From contig OX638355.1 of the NCBI GenBank assembly GCA_951813285.1, forward strand, positions 837,136 through 901,135: a stretch of DNA of 64,000 nt, read 5' to 3'. Below are positions 1-8,254 of this stretch, in pieces. The translations under genes were made by a program, and so were the position numbers. The first letter of the stretch is position 1, and the number at the start of each line of letters is the position of its first letter. The stretch is from Terriglobia bacterium (GTDB taxonomy: Bacteria; Acidobacteriota; Terriglobia; Versatilivoradales; Versatilivoraceae). A model generated the notes under the pieces. The model saw only the letters and a program-made list of their open reading frames with translations. It was not told the origin of the DNA and did not search any database.

Positions 1-36
1 ACGGCAAACCGCTGACCTTTTGACGTCGCCCCGGTG

Positions 37-327
37 CTACCTGCCTGCGGCGGCCGTGGGCAGTTCACGCACGGCAGCGCCGGCCCGTTGCTGAGCGACG
101 GCGAGGTCGAACTGTGTCTGGAGGCTCAGCCAGAATTGGGGGTCTACCCCGAACCAGTGCCCGAACCGTAGCGCGGTATCGCCGGTTACGGAACGCTTGC
201 CGGCGATGATTTGACTTACCCGGTTAGGCGGCACATCTATCTGACGGGCGAATGCCGTAGGGCTCACGCCAAACTCGGCCAGCTCGTCTCTCAGAATCTC
301 GCCAGGGTGAACGACGCGCTTCAACAT
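37..327 (-). CDS. higA: HigA-family antitoxin (XRE-type HTH)
   Basis: The translation RVVHPGEILRDELAEFGVSPTAFARQIDVPPNRVSQIIAGKRSVTGDTALRFGHWFGVDPQFWLSLQ matches the HigA antidote HTH signature. The start is taken at the internal Met of ORF 37..375. No HigB-like ORF lies upstream. Confidence 0.7.
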   Translation of the reverse strand: MLKRVVHPGEILRDELAEFGVSPTAFARQIDVPPNRVSQIIAGKRSVTGDTALRFGHWFGVDPQFWLSLQTQFDLAVAQQRAGAAVRELPTAAAGR

Positions 328-371
328 GCCAACGTCCCTCCTCTCGACTAATTGGACTATGACGCTTGACG

Positions 372-782
372 TCAAGAGTCATAGGGATTGAACACCGGAA
401 CGCCGGTCGGCTCGAAGTGCCTGACATTGCGGGTCACCACGGTCAAGCCGTGCTCCAGCGCCGTGGCGGCAATAATCAGGTCCGCCCTTTCGTGCCCAAG
501 GTCGCCGGACAGACGCCCCCACCGACGCGCAGTGGGGACGTCGACGCCCAAAATCCGGTCTCCGTACCAGGCGAGCATTCTGTCCAGCCACAGGGACAAC
601 TCCCGGGCGAACGATGGGTCACGGCGCTGCTGTTGGGCGATTCCACGCTCTATTTCGCCAATGGTCACTGCGCTCAGGTACAGGTCTGCCGTCCGCCGGG
701 CCTGCAACCACCGGACCAACTCCGGATGCCGGTCCCGTCGTCGCAGCGCCGACAGCACGTCGGTGTCAATCAGGAACATCAC
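372..782 (-). CDS. vapC: PIN-domain ribonuclease toxin VapC
   Basis: The N-terminus MMFLIDTDVLSAL carries the conserved Asp of the PIN fold. The protein is 136 aa. Its start overlaps the stop of the upstream Phd-type gene by 4 bp. Confidence 0.8.
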   Translation of the reverse strand: MMFLIDTDVLSALRRRDRHPELVRWLQARRTADLYLSAVTIGEIERGIAQQQRRDPSFARELSLWLDRMLAWYGDRILGVDVPTARRWGRLSGDLGHERADLIIAATALEHGLTVVTRNVRHFEPTGVPVFNPYDS

Positions 783-1033
783 AGGTCCAGCGGGCGGGTC
801 GGTAACGGCAGCCTGTCGAAATTCTGGTCATCCCGCGGGATTTCCAGCAGCAACCCGGCCAGTGTCGGCGCATTGGCTTTCTCCAAACGGCACAGGCGCT
901 CATACTCTTCTGCCGCCAGCACGACGACGGCAGGCCTGCCACGGCGGGTCACCCGCTGTGGAGCGCCGCCGAGGGCGGCGTCGACCACGGCGCTGAAGCG
1001 GTTCTTGGCGTCCTGCAAGGGCCAGTCGGTCAT
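779..1033 (-). CDS. vapB: Phd/YefM-type antitoxin (VapB partner of VapC)
   Basis: The 84-aa protein begins MTDWPLQDAKNRFSAVVDAA...RPAVVVLAAEEYERL, which is typical of Phd/YefM antitoxins. It is translationally coupled to the downstream PIN gene. Confidence 0.75.
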   Translation of the reverse strand: MTDWPLQDAKNRFSAVVDAALGGAPQRVTRRGRPAVVVLAAEEYERLCRLEKANAPTLAGLLLEIPRDDQNFDRLPLPTRPLDL

Positions 1034-1125
1034 GTGTGCGCTCCTGTCTAGATTAACTGGCTAGATTTTACTGCAGGGCTCGGCACAGCTTCAAGAGGCA
1101 TAACCACGTCAGGGAAACGTCTCCA

Positions 1126-1380
1126 TCAAGCCACGCCATCGGCAACCGTCGCGTCCAGATCGCTCCAGTCTTCCTGTTCAGCGGCCATGGCGCCATAGGT
1201 CTCTTTCCAGGAGAGCCTGTTCTTTTGCTTGCTATACAAAAAGACCCCGTCCTCCCTCTCCTCCAGGACAAGCGTTCCGCTCCAGCCATGCCTTTGCAAA
1301 AGGACCTTTGGGAGTACGATTGCTTTGGAGTGGCCGATAGCAATCAGCTTGACGACTCTTGTAATCCGTGGTTTGCCCAT
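1126..1380 (-). CDS. AbrB/MazE/SpoVT-type antitoxin-like DNA-binding protein (orphan)
   Basis: From the internal Met (ATG revcomp at 1378-1380) the translation is MGKPRITRVVKLIAIGHSKAIVLPKVLLQRHGWSGTLVLEEREDGVFL, a swapped-hairpin AbrB-type motif. No toxin ORF is adjacent. Confidence 0.5.
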   Translation of the reverse strand: MGKPRITRVVKLIAIGHSKAIVLPKVLLQRHGWSGTLVLEEREDGVFLYSKQKNRLSWKETYGAMAAEQEDWSDLDATVADGVA

Positions 1381-1532
1381 TTTCAAGGGTCCATTGAACA
1401 AGCAAACGAAATTACAGCAATTACCATCTCGGCCGCCGTGTCGCTTGATTGACGTGCCTAAGATAAAAAAATCGTACCATAATGGGCGGTCGGCTAGTCG
1501 GCCGGAAGCAGGTGCCCGATCGGGGGTAGGTC

Positions 1533-3542
1533 TTGGCGAAGAAACCGAAAAGAGCGAAACGGAAACCCCGTGCGGGTACCTCGCCCTCCGGGCCACGATT
1601 CTCCTTCGGTGGCTCGCGCCTGTGGGTTCCGCTATTGCTGTTTGTGGTGGTGGTCGGCTTCTACCTGCCGTCGGTGGACCATGGGTTTCTCTATGACGAT
1701 TACGAGGTGATTCTCTCCAACGCCCCCTTGCGCTCGGTTCAGGATCTCAGGCGCATTCTGACGGAGAGGCACTTCCTCAGCCTGCCCTATTACCGTCCGG
1801 TGGTGCGCTCCTCGCTGCTGCTGCAAAGAAGCCTCCACGGAGACGAGCCCGGCCCCTTTCACCTCTTCAACGCCTGCGTGGCCGGATTGATCGCCCTCAT
1901 CGTCTACGCCCTGCTGAGGCTGCCGGTCTTCGGCTTGCGGCCCCGCTGGGCATGGCTGACCGCCGCTGTTTTTGCCCTGCACCCGGTGGCTTCCTCCTGC
2001 GTCTACCCCATCGCCTCGGGACGCGAGACCCTGCTGCCGGCACTGTTCGTCCTGCTGGCCCTCTACTGCTTCCTCAGGCCCGGGCCCTGGTGGCGGGTGG
2101 GCGCCTCCGTCTCGTTCGCCCTGGCCTTGTTCGGCAAGGAGCAGGCGGTGGTCACCCTGGCGGTCTTCGTGCTGGCCGACGCTCTGGGCCTGACCTCGTC
2201 GGCGCCCGGGCGCAGCCTCCGCGGCTGGGTGGTCCGTTACTGGCCGGAGGCCGCCATTGGCGCCCTCTACTTCTCCATTCGCCACTTCCTGTTTGCAGGC
2301 GGGGAGTATCGCCTGGGAGACCTGGGGCAGTTCGCTCTTTCCTACCTCTACGCGCTGCAGGTCGTGATCGTCCCCTTCTGGGAGATGGTCTACGAGCCTC
2401 CGGCCCGGGTCTGGTTCAGCCCCTGGCGCCTGGCGGTCGCGCTGGCCATCGCCGGATGGGCTGTGTTGTGGATCCGGCGATCCTGGCCCGCGTTTCGGGC
2501 CCTGACCTGGTTCTGGCTGGGCTGGTTCGCTCTGACCCTGCTGCCGACGGCCAATCTACTGGACCAGGAGGCCCCTTTTGCCGAGCGCTACGTGTTTCTG
2601 GCCGCGCTGGGCCCGCTCTTTCTGCTGGCCCGGGTTCTCTCCAACCGCGAGAAGGAGGGAAGGCCCAGGCTCTGGACGGGCCTGGCCGTGGCGCTGCTGC
2701 TGGTGGTGGCCGCCCAGACCGTCGCCCGGGGCGCCTATTATCGAGACTACGAGGTCTTTTGCCGGCAGTGGGTGAAGACCGATCCCAAGTCGCTCAACGC
2801 CCACAACAGCCTGGCGGTGGTTCTGACCATGGACCGCCGGCTGGAAGAAGCCGGCGTCCACTATGAGGAGGCCCTCAAAATTGCGCCGGCCAACGCCCAG
2901 GCTCACAACAATCTGGCCAACCTGCGCCTGCAGCAGGGAAGGCTCCCAGAAGCCTACGCACTGCTGCAGGAATCCCTGCGCCTCGACCCCGATGCTTACG
3001 CCACCCACAACTCATTGGGCGTCATGCTGCTGGGCCAGGGCAATGTCGAGGAGGCCCTCCCCCACTTTGCCCGGGCCATCGGCCTGAACTCGGAGAACCA
3101 GCAGGCGCACGCCAACTTGGCCAACGCGCTGGCGCACCAGGGCAAGACCCGGCAAGCCGTCCACCACTACCGCGAGGCGCTTCGCATCCATCCGGGCCTG
3201 TCCCACGCCGCCAACCGCCTGGCCTGGATTCTGGCCACCCATCCCGACCCCGAGCTGCGTGCCGGATCCGAGGCAGTTGAACTGGCCGAGCAGTTCTGCC
3301 GGCCGCCCAACGACGCCAACCCCATGTTCCTGGACACCCTGGCGGCAGCCTACGCCGAAACAGGACGGTTTCCCCAAGCACTGGAGACGGCCACGCGGGC
3401 CGCAGCCTTGGCTTCTTCCCGGGGTCAACCCGAGCTGGCGGACCAGATCCGGCAGAGAACGGACGCCTACCGGGAGCGCCGCCCGGTTCGCTATTCCGAG
3501 ATTCAGTGGAGGACCGCCGGCACTTCCTTGAGGCACGATTAA
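1533..3542 (+). CDS. TPR-repeat membrane protein, TMTC/PMT-like (GT-C fold, DUF1736-like N-terminus)
   Basis: The 669-aa protein has multiple N-terminal TM helices with an FLYDDYEV motif near the first loop. The C-terminus contains at least 6 TPR repeats (AHNSLAVVL, AHNNLANLRL, THNSLGVML, AHANLANALA...). The predicted start is TTG. Confidence 0.7.
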   Translation: MAKKPKRAKRKPRAGTSPSGPRFSFGGSRLWVPLLLFVVVVGFYLPSVDHGFLYDDYEVILSNAPLRSVQDLRRILTERHFLSLPYYRPVVRSSLLLQRSLHGDEPGPFHLFNACVAGLIALIVYALLRLPVFGLRPRWAWLTAAVFALHPVASSCVYPIASGRETLLPALFVLLALYCFLRPGPWWRVGASVSFALALFGKEQAVVTLAVFVLADALGLTSSAPGRSLRGWVVRYWPEAAIGALYFSIRHFLFAGGEYRLGDLGQFALSYLYALQVVIVPFWEMVYEPPARVWFSPWRLAVALAIAGWAVLWIRRSWPAFRALTWFWLGWFALTLLPTANLLDQEAPFAERYVFLAALGPLFLLARVLSNREKEGRPRLWTGLAVALLLVVAAQTVARGAYYRDYEVFCRQWVKTDPKSLNAHNSLAVVLTMDRRLEEAGVHYEEALKIAPANAQAHNNLANLRLQQGRLPEAYALLQESLRLDPDAYATHNSLGVMLLGQGNVEEALPHFARAIGLNSENQQAHANLANALAHQGKTRQAVHHYREALRIHPGLSHAANRLAWILATHPDPELRAGSEAVELAEQFCRPPNDANPMFLDTLAAAYAETGRFPQALETATRAAALASSRGQPELADQIRQRTDAYRERRPVRYSEIQWRTAGTSLRHD

Positions 3543-3638
3543 CCTTCATGCCCCGCCTCCCTCTCCCCGATTCGTGGTAACCTTAGCCGCCCCTGCCGAG
3601 CTTGGGGATTCACGACCACGGCGAGGCCCCCAGATTCC

Positions 3639-4319
3639 ATGAAACATTCCGTTGCGTTCCTTCTCGATGCCGACAACACCCTGCTGGACAACGACCGCAT
3701 CCTGGCGGACCTCATGGGCCACATCGAGCAGACGGTGGGCCACCAGGGGAAGCAGCGCTATTGGGCCATTTTCGAGGATTTGCGGGACGAGCTGGGATAC
3801 CACGACTACCTGGGAGCCTTGCAGGGCTATCGCAATCGATATCCGCACGAGCCGCGCCTGATGTCGATTGCCTCCTTCATGCTCAACTATCCCTTCGCCG
3901 ATCGTCTCTATCCGCGGTCGCTGGGGGTGGTGCGCCACCTCCAGCAATGGGGAGTGGTGGCGATCCTCACCGACGGCGACATGGTATTCCAGCCTCGCAA
4001 GATGGAGCAGTCCGGGTTGGCCGAGGCCGCCGGCGGCAACGTGCTGATCTACGTGCACAAGGAGGAGGAGTTGGAGGACGTGGAAAGGCGCTATCCCGCG
4101 GACCACTACGTGTTGGTGGACGACAAGCTGCGGATCCTGACCGCCGCCAAGAAAGTGTGGGGAAGTCGCGTCACCACCGTCTTTCCACGGCAGGGACACT
4201 ATGCCCTGGACCCCGAGATCCTGGCTCAATTCCCCCCGGCCGACCTCAGCCTCGAAGGGGTCGGCGACCTGCTGACCTGCGAGTTGCCGGCCCTGATCCA
4301 GGCCGGACAGTCTTCTTAG
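3639..4319 (+). CDS. HAD-superfamily hydrolase
   Basis: The N-terminal motif FLLDADNTLLD is HAD motif I (DxDxT). The protein is 226 aa. Confidence 0.65.
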   Translation: MKHSVAFLLDADNTLLDNDRILADLMGHIEQTVGHQGKQRYWAIFEDLRDELGYHDYLGALQGYRNRYPHEPRLMSIASFMLNYPFADRLYPRSLGVVRHLQQWGVVAILTDGDMVFQPRKMEQSGLAEAAGGNVLIYVHKEEELEDVERRYPADHYVLVDDKLRILTAAKKVWGSRVTTVFPRQGHYALDPEILAQFPPADLSLEGVGDLLTCELPALIQAGQSS

Positions 4320-4508
4320 CCCCGCTGTGCCTCAAGACCTCCAGGCACTTATATCCATACCTTCAACAGGATTCCGCGGGCTCCGCGCGAATCGTTGAGC
4401 CGGGATTGTGGGGAAAATGGAACGGGGCTTGTTGTTCTATACTTGTTGTGTTCCAGGTTCAGAGTGGTCACCCCTCATATTGCGAGTGACGACGTCCGGA
4501 GAGCGATC

Positions 4509-5777
4509 ATGCTGGACGAGCTGAGACGGACCCTGCGGTCGCTGGTCATCGGCGCCCTGTCGATCGCGGAGTACCGGCAGTGTGGCATGGCCTTCAACCC
4601 GTTGTCGGACAGGATCATCCGCAATCCCTATCCCGCCTACGCCAGGCTGCGCGCCCGATCGCCGGTGCACCGCAGCCGGGTGCTGGACGGCTGGGTGTTC
4701 AGCCGCTACGCCGACGTCGAGGCCATCTTTCGAGACTACCGCCGGTTCTCCAACATGCCGACCAATCGAAGGGTGTCGAGGCGGGATGTCTACTTCGTTC
4801 CCCCCCGGGCGGACTGGTCCCTGTTGTTCCTGGACCCGCCGGAGCATACGCGCCTGCGGGGCCTGGTCAATCAGGCCTTCACCCCGCGGGCCGTCAACGC
4901 CCTCGAGCCCCATATCCGGAGGATCATGGTCGAACTGCTCGACGCCGTCGCTGACCCGTCCGGCTTCGACCTGATGGCGGCGGTGGCCGGTCCGTTGCCG
5001 GTGATCGTGATTGCCGAGATGCTGGGTTTGCCGCCGCAAGACCGGCTCCGATTCAAGCACTGGTCGAACCAGCGCGCCCGCATCCTCGAACCGCTCATCA
5101 GCCCGGATGAGCGAAAAAGAGCCGCTGCCGCCGGCGAGGCGTTCGACGCCTACTTCATGCCCGTTATCAGAGCCCGGCGACTCCAACCGAAAGACGACAT
5201 CATCAGCGCCCTCGCAAAGGCGGAAGAGGAAGGGGATGCCCTCAGCGAGCGCGAAATGCTGGTCATGCTGCGCATCCTGCTGGTGGCCGGCAACGAGACC
5301 ACCACCAACCTGATCGGCAACGGGATGCTGGCGCTGCTGCAGCATCCGGAGCAGTTGAAGCTCCTGCGGGAAGACGCCCGTCGGATACCGGCGGCGGTGG
5401 AAGAGCTGTTGCGCTACGACACACCGGTCCAGCTCGATATCCGCGCCGTGGTCGAGGATTGCGAGTTTCAGGGCTTTCGCTTGCGTCGCGGCGACCCCGC
5501 CATCCTGGCCATCGGCGCGGCCAACCGCGACCCCGAGGTGTTCGAAGACCCGGAGCGGCTGAACATCGAGCGTTCCAAGGGCAGCAACCTCTCCTTCGGC
5601 CGGGGCGTCCACCACTGCCTCGGTGCGCCCCTGGCGCGGTTGGAAGCCCGGGTCGCGCTGGAAGTGCTGCTGGAGCGCTTCAGTTCCATACGGCTGCTTG
5701 CGGACCGTCCCGCCTTTCGCCGGGCCATCGTCCTGCGCGGTCTCGAGTCCCTCCCGGTCTCGGCCGTCCCTGCGTAG
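4509..5777 (+). CDS. cytochrome P450 monooxygenase
   Basis: The heme-binding loop FGRGVHHCLGAPLARLE (FxxGxHxCxG) is present. The EELLRYDTP sequence matches the ExxR motif and LLVAGNETT matches the I-helix. The start is at the ATG preceded by GGAGAG. Confidence 0.85.
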   Translation: MLDELRRTLRSLVIGALSIAEYRQCGMAFNPLSDRIIRNPYPAYARLRARSPVHRSRVLDGWVFSRYADVEAIFRDYRRFSNMPTNRRVSRRDVYFVPPRADWSLLFLDPPEHTRLRGLVNQAFTPRAVNALEPHIRRIMVELLDAVADPSGFDLMAAVAGPLPVIVIAEMLGLPPQDRLRFKHWSNQRARILEPLISPDERKRAAAAGEAFDAYFMPVIRARRLQPKDDIISALAKAEEEGDALSEREMLVMLRILLVAGNETTTNLIGNGMLALLQHPEQLKLLREDARRIPAAVEELLRYDTPVQLDIRAVVEDCEFQGFRLRRGDPAILAIGAANRDPEVFEDPERLNIERSKGSNLSFGRGVHHCLGAPLARLEARVALEVLLERFSSIRLLADRPAFRRAIVLRGLESLPVSAVPA

Positions 5778-6481
5778 TCCGGCCATTCTTGCCACTTCCG
5801 GCCGTCCAGCAGGCAGCCCCTGGATTTCGAGTTGAATCCGCCCCACTGCTTGAAGAAGAACGGAACCCGCCTGTTCCTGCACTGGTCGCGGATGCCTCGA
5901 ACCCAGTCAGGGGCAATCGGCCTTCGGCGTGGCCCGCTTTCTCCACCCACGATTACCCAGTGCATGCCCTCCAGCGGCAGTTGTGGAATGGCGGCAAGTA
6001 GGGGCTCCAGGGACAGGAACCTGATGCGTACCGGTACCTGCCTCAGGTGCGCGATTCGCCATACGTATTCAGGGCTTTCGACCGAAACCCCCTGCCATAT
6101 ATTCGGACTCCAGGTGACGTCGGCTGCAAGCTGAGCCAGGCGTTCGGGACGTTTGGTCAATATCTGAAAATTGTGCCATGAAGCACGGTTCATGGTCTTG
6201 AAGACCGACTTGACGTATTCATCGGGAATATCTTCGTGAAACAGGTCGCTCATGCTGTTGACGAATATACGCCTGGGTTGACGCCATTTCAGCGGCAACT
6301 CCAGGAGGTCCCGATGCAGACTCAGGCTAAAGCCATTGCGGTACCGTCGGTTGCCCATGGACGCGAGGCGGAGAGCAAGGCGTTCCGCGTAGCAATACTT
6401 GCAGCCCGGACTGACCTTTGTGCACCCAGTGACCGGATTCCAGGTGGCATCCGTCCACTCGATGGCAGAATTGATAGCCAT
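5468..6481 (-). CDS. phage Gp37/Gp68-family protein (DUF5131)
   Basis: The N-terminus MAINSAIEWTDATWNPVTGCTKVSPGCKYCYAE and the FFFKQWGG motif match PF07505. A GAGGA RBS lies upstream. The ORF carries an Arg/Ser-rich ~90-aa tail that is antisense to the P450 3' end. Confidence 0.65.
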   Translation of the reverse strand: MAINSAIEWTDATWNPVTGCTKVSPGCKYCYAERLALRLASMGNRRYRNGFSLSLHRDLLELPLKWRQPRRIFVNSMSDLFHEDIPDEYVKSVFKTMNRASWHNFQILTKRPERLAQLAADVTWSPNIWQGVSVESPEYVWRIAHLRQVPVRIRFLSLEPLLAAIPQLPLEGMHWVIVGGESGPRRRPIAPDWVRGIRDQCRNRRVPFFFKQWGGFNSKSRGCLLDGRKWQEWPDYAGTAETGRDSRPRRTMARRKAGRSASSRMELKRSSSTSSATRASNRARGAPRQWWTPRPKERLLPLERSMFSRSGSSNTSGSRLAAPMARMAGSPRRKRKP

Positions 6482-6942
6482 AAGCGTCCTCGGTGACAGT
6501 CTATAGCAAAAGGTGACGCCGGTCCCGCTTCGCTCGCGTCCAACTTCGATCCATTGAACAAGTGGGAAGACGCCGGCGACAAATTAGTCCAAAGCACGCC
6601 AGACGGGATCTTTGAAAGCGAACATAATTTAACACAGTACCCGACCAGAGATGAGTGTTTCCTGATTTCAAGAGTCAAGCTCCTCCCTCGTCGGGGTTGC
6701 CCGACGCCGAGAAGTTGCGGCACCAGGAAACCGTGGGGCTTGTTTCCCAGGCAGATAGAGACCACAATAATCATTGTTTCCAATGGACCTTCAGCGGCCG
6801 CCGAGGTTTTTCTCGGAGACGAAGCTTTTTCTCTATGGATTAAGGAAGATCCTTGGGAATGGGAAAGACCGGCAGGCCGCAAGAGAGGTTCGGAAGGGAT
6901 GGAACCGGCAGTCTGAATAGAGGACGGAGAGGGGAATAGAGA

Positions 6943-7938
6943 ATGGACACCGTGGATATCATCCTGCGGGTGTGCCTGTGGGGCAGCGTGGTCCTGATCC
7001 CGATTTTGCTCTTTTGGGCCGTGTTCGGGGGCAGGCGTTTCGGAAGCGGGAAGCGGAGCCGGCCCAAGCCGGAACCGGTGCGGAGGCAGGGGTTCACTCC
7101 GCCACCGCCGAAAACCGGCAGTCCGGGTCCGCAGGTTTCGAAGAGCACCACGGTCGGAGAGAGGGTGTCGGCGAAGCCTGATGTATCGAAACCCGTGGGC
7201 GGTCCGAAGCCCAAACCGGCGAGTGGGCGGGGATTCATTCTCCCGCCACCGACGTTGGACAAGTCGAGCCGGGAGGTTCCCAAAAGCGCCCCAACCGGGG
7301 AGGCTCCGTCTCCCCCACCTGCCGCGTCCGAACGCCCGGACGATCCCAAACCCGAACCGATGAGCGGGCGGGGACTTATTCCCCAGCCACCGAGTTCCGG
7401 CAGATCGGGTCCGACGGAATCAGAAAGCACCACGGCCGAAGAAGCGCCATCTATAAAGCCTGATCCATCCAACCGCCTGGGCGAGCCGACGGCGCAGATG
7501 GAGTTCATCTCCAAAGTGGATTTCGAGCCGCGCCCCCTTCTCAACCAGGCGGAATACCGGATTCTCCGCATTCTGGAGAAGGTTGCCCAGGATATCCCCG
7601 GCGGCCATCGCGTCATGTCCCAAACCAGCCTGGGTCAAGTTCTGGCGCCCCAGCTTGCCTCCGCTTCGAAAGAAGCACGCGACCTTGCCTTTCGCTCCAT
7701 CAACAGCAAGCGCCTGGACTTTCTGCTGATCGACGCTTACGGCATGCCCGTTCTGGCGGTGGAGTATCAGGGGCATGGACACTTCGGTGATAGAACCTTC
7801 ATGCGCGATGCCGTGAAACGGGAATCCCTCAGAAAGGCCGGCATCCGCTTGCTGGAGGTTCCGGCAGAGTACGACGCCGAGGACCTGGAGAGAGACATCC
7901 GCAAGGCATTGCTTTCCAACCCCTCCCGCCTAGTGTAG
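6943..7938 (+). CDS. membrane-anchored DUF2726 (NERD/restriction-endonuclease-like fold) protein with proline-rich repeats
   Basis: An N-terminal TM helix (VCLWGSVVLIPILLFWAVF) is followed by three ~45-aa repeats of the form KPEPxxGRGFxxPPP. The C-terminus NQAEYRILRILEKV...KRLDFLLIDAYGMPVLAVEYQGHGH matches the DUF2726 core. Confidence 0.6.
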   Translation: MDTVDIILRVCLWGSVVLIPILLFWAVFGGRRFGSGKRSRPKPEPVRRQGFTPPPPKTGSPGPQVSKSTTVGERVSAKPDVSKPVGGPKPKPASGRGFILPPPTLDKSSREVPKSAPTGEAPSPPPAASERPDDPKPEPMSGRGLIPQPPSSGRSGPTESESTTAEEAPSIKPDPSNRLGEPTAQMEFISKVDFEPRPLLNQAEYRILRILEKVAQDIPGGHRVMSQTSLGQVLAPQLASASKEARDLAFRSINSKRLDFLLIDAYGMPVLAVEYQGHGHFGDRTFMRDAVKRESLRKAGIRLLEVPAEYDAEDLERDIRKALLSNPSRLV

Positions 7939-7956
7939 AGGACGTTCCTTCGATGA

Positions 7957-8250
7957 GCCCCCGCCAGCGCGGGCTTCCGTAGCTTTTTTGCTACCGCCAG
8001 CAAGAATCTCAAGCGCCAGACCAGGATTCCCATCGCCCCTTACGTGGGTCTGGCCTACGGAACCTATCGGGACAGGCTGCGGGTGATCGGCGGCTTCAAC
8101 CTCGAGTTCACCAGGTACCTGAGCGCCATGGCGATCTTCGACGGAATCAGCGTCCACCCGCTGGTCAATTTCAGCTACAAGCAGCACGGTTTCTCGTTCC
8201 TGCTGGTCCGGGGCCGGCAACCCGGACTGAGCTACAGCATCTCCTTCTAG
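7957..8250 (+). pseudogene. C-terminal fragment of an outer-membrane beta-barrel protein
   Basis: The open frame ends ...FSFLLVRGRQPGLSYSISF, with alternating hydrophobic residues and a terminal Phe typical of an OMP C-terminus. It has no signal peptide or plausible N-terminus and lies immediately after the DUF2726 gene. Confidence 0.35.
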
Positions 8251-8254
8251 CCGA

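Noticed and set aside
4437-5882. A 481-aa minus-strand ORF antisense to the cytochrome P450 gene.
   Set aside because: It is an Arg/Gly/Pro-rich low-complexity translation with no motifs. This is typical of a stop-free antisense frame in GC-rich coding DNA. The sense strand carries full P450 signatures.
8044-8250. A 68-aa ORF called as an independent small gene.
   Set aside because: It reads as the C-terminal strands of an outer-membrane beta-barrel ending in Phe, without a signal peptide or start context. It is interpreted as a gene remnant.
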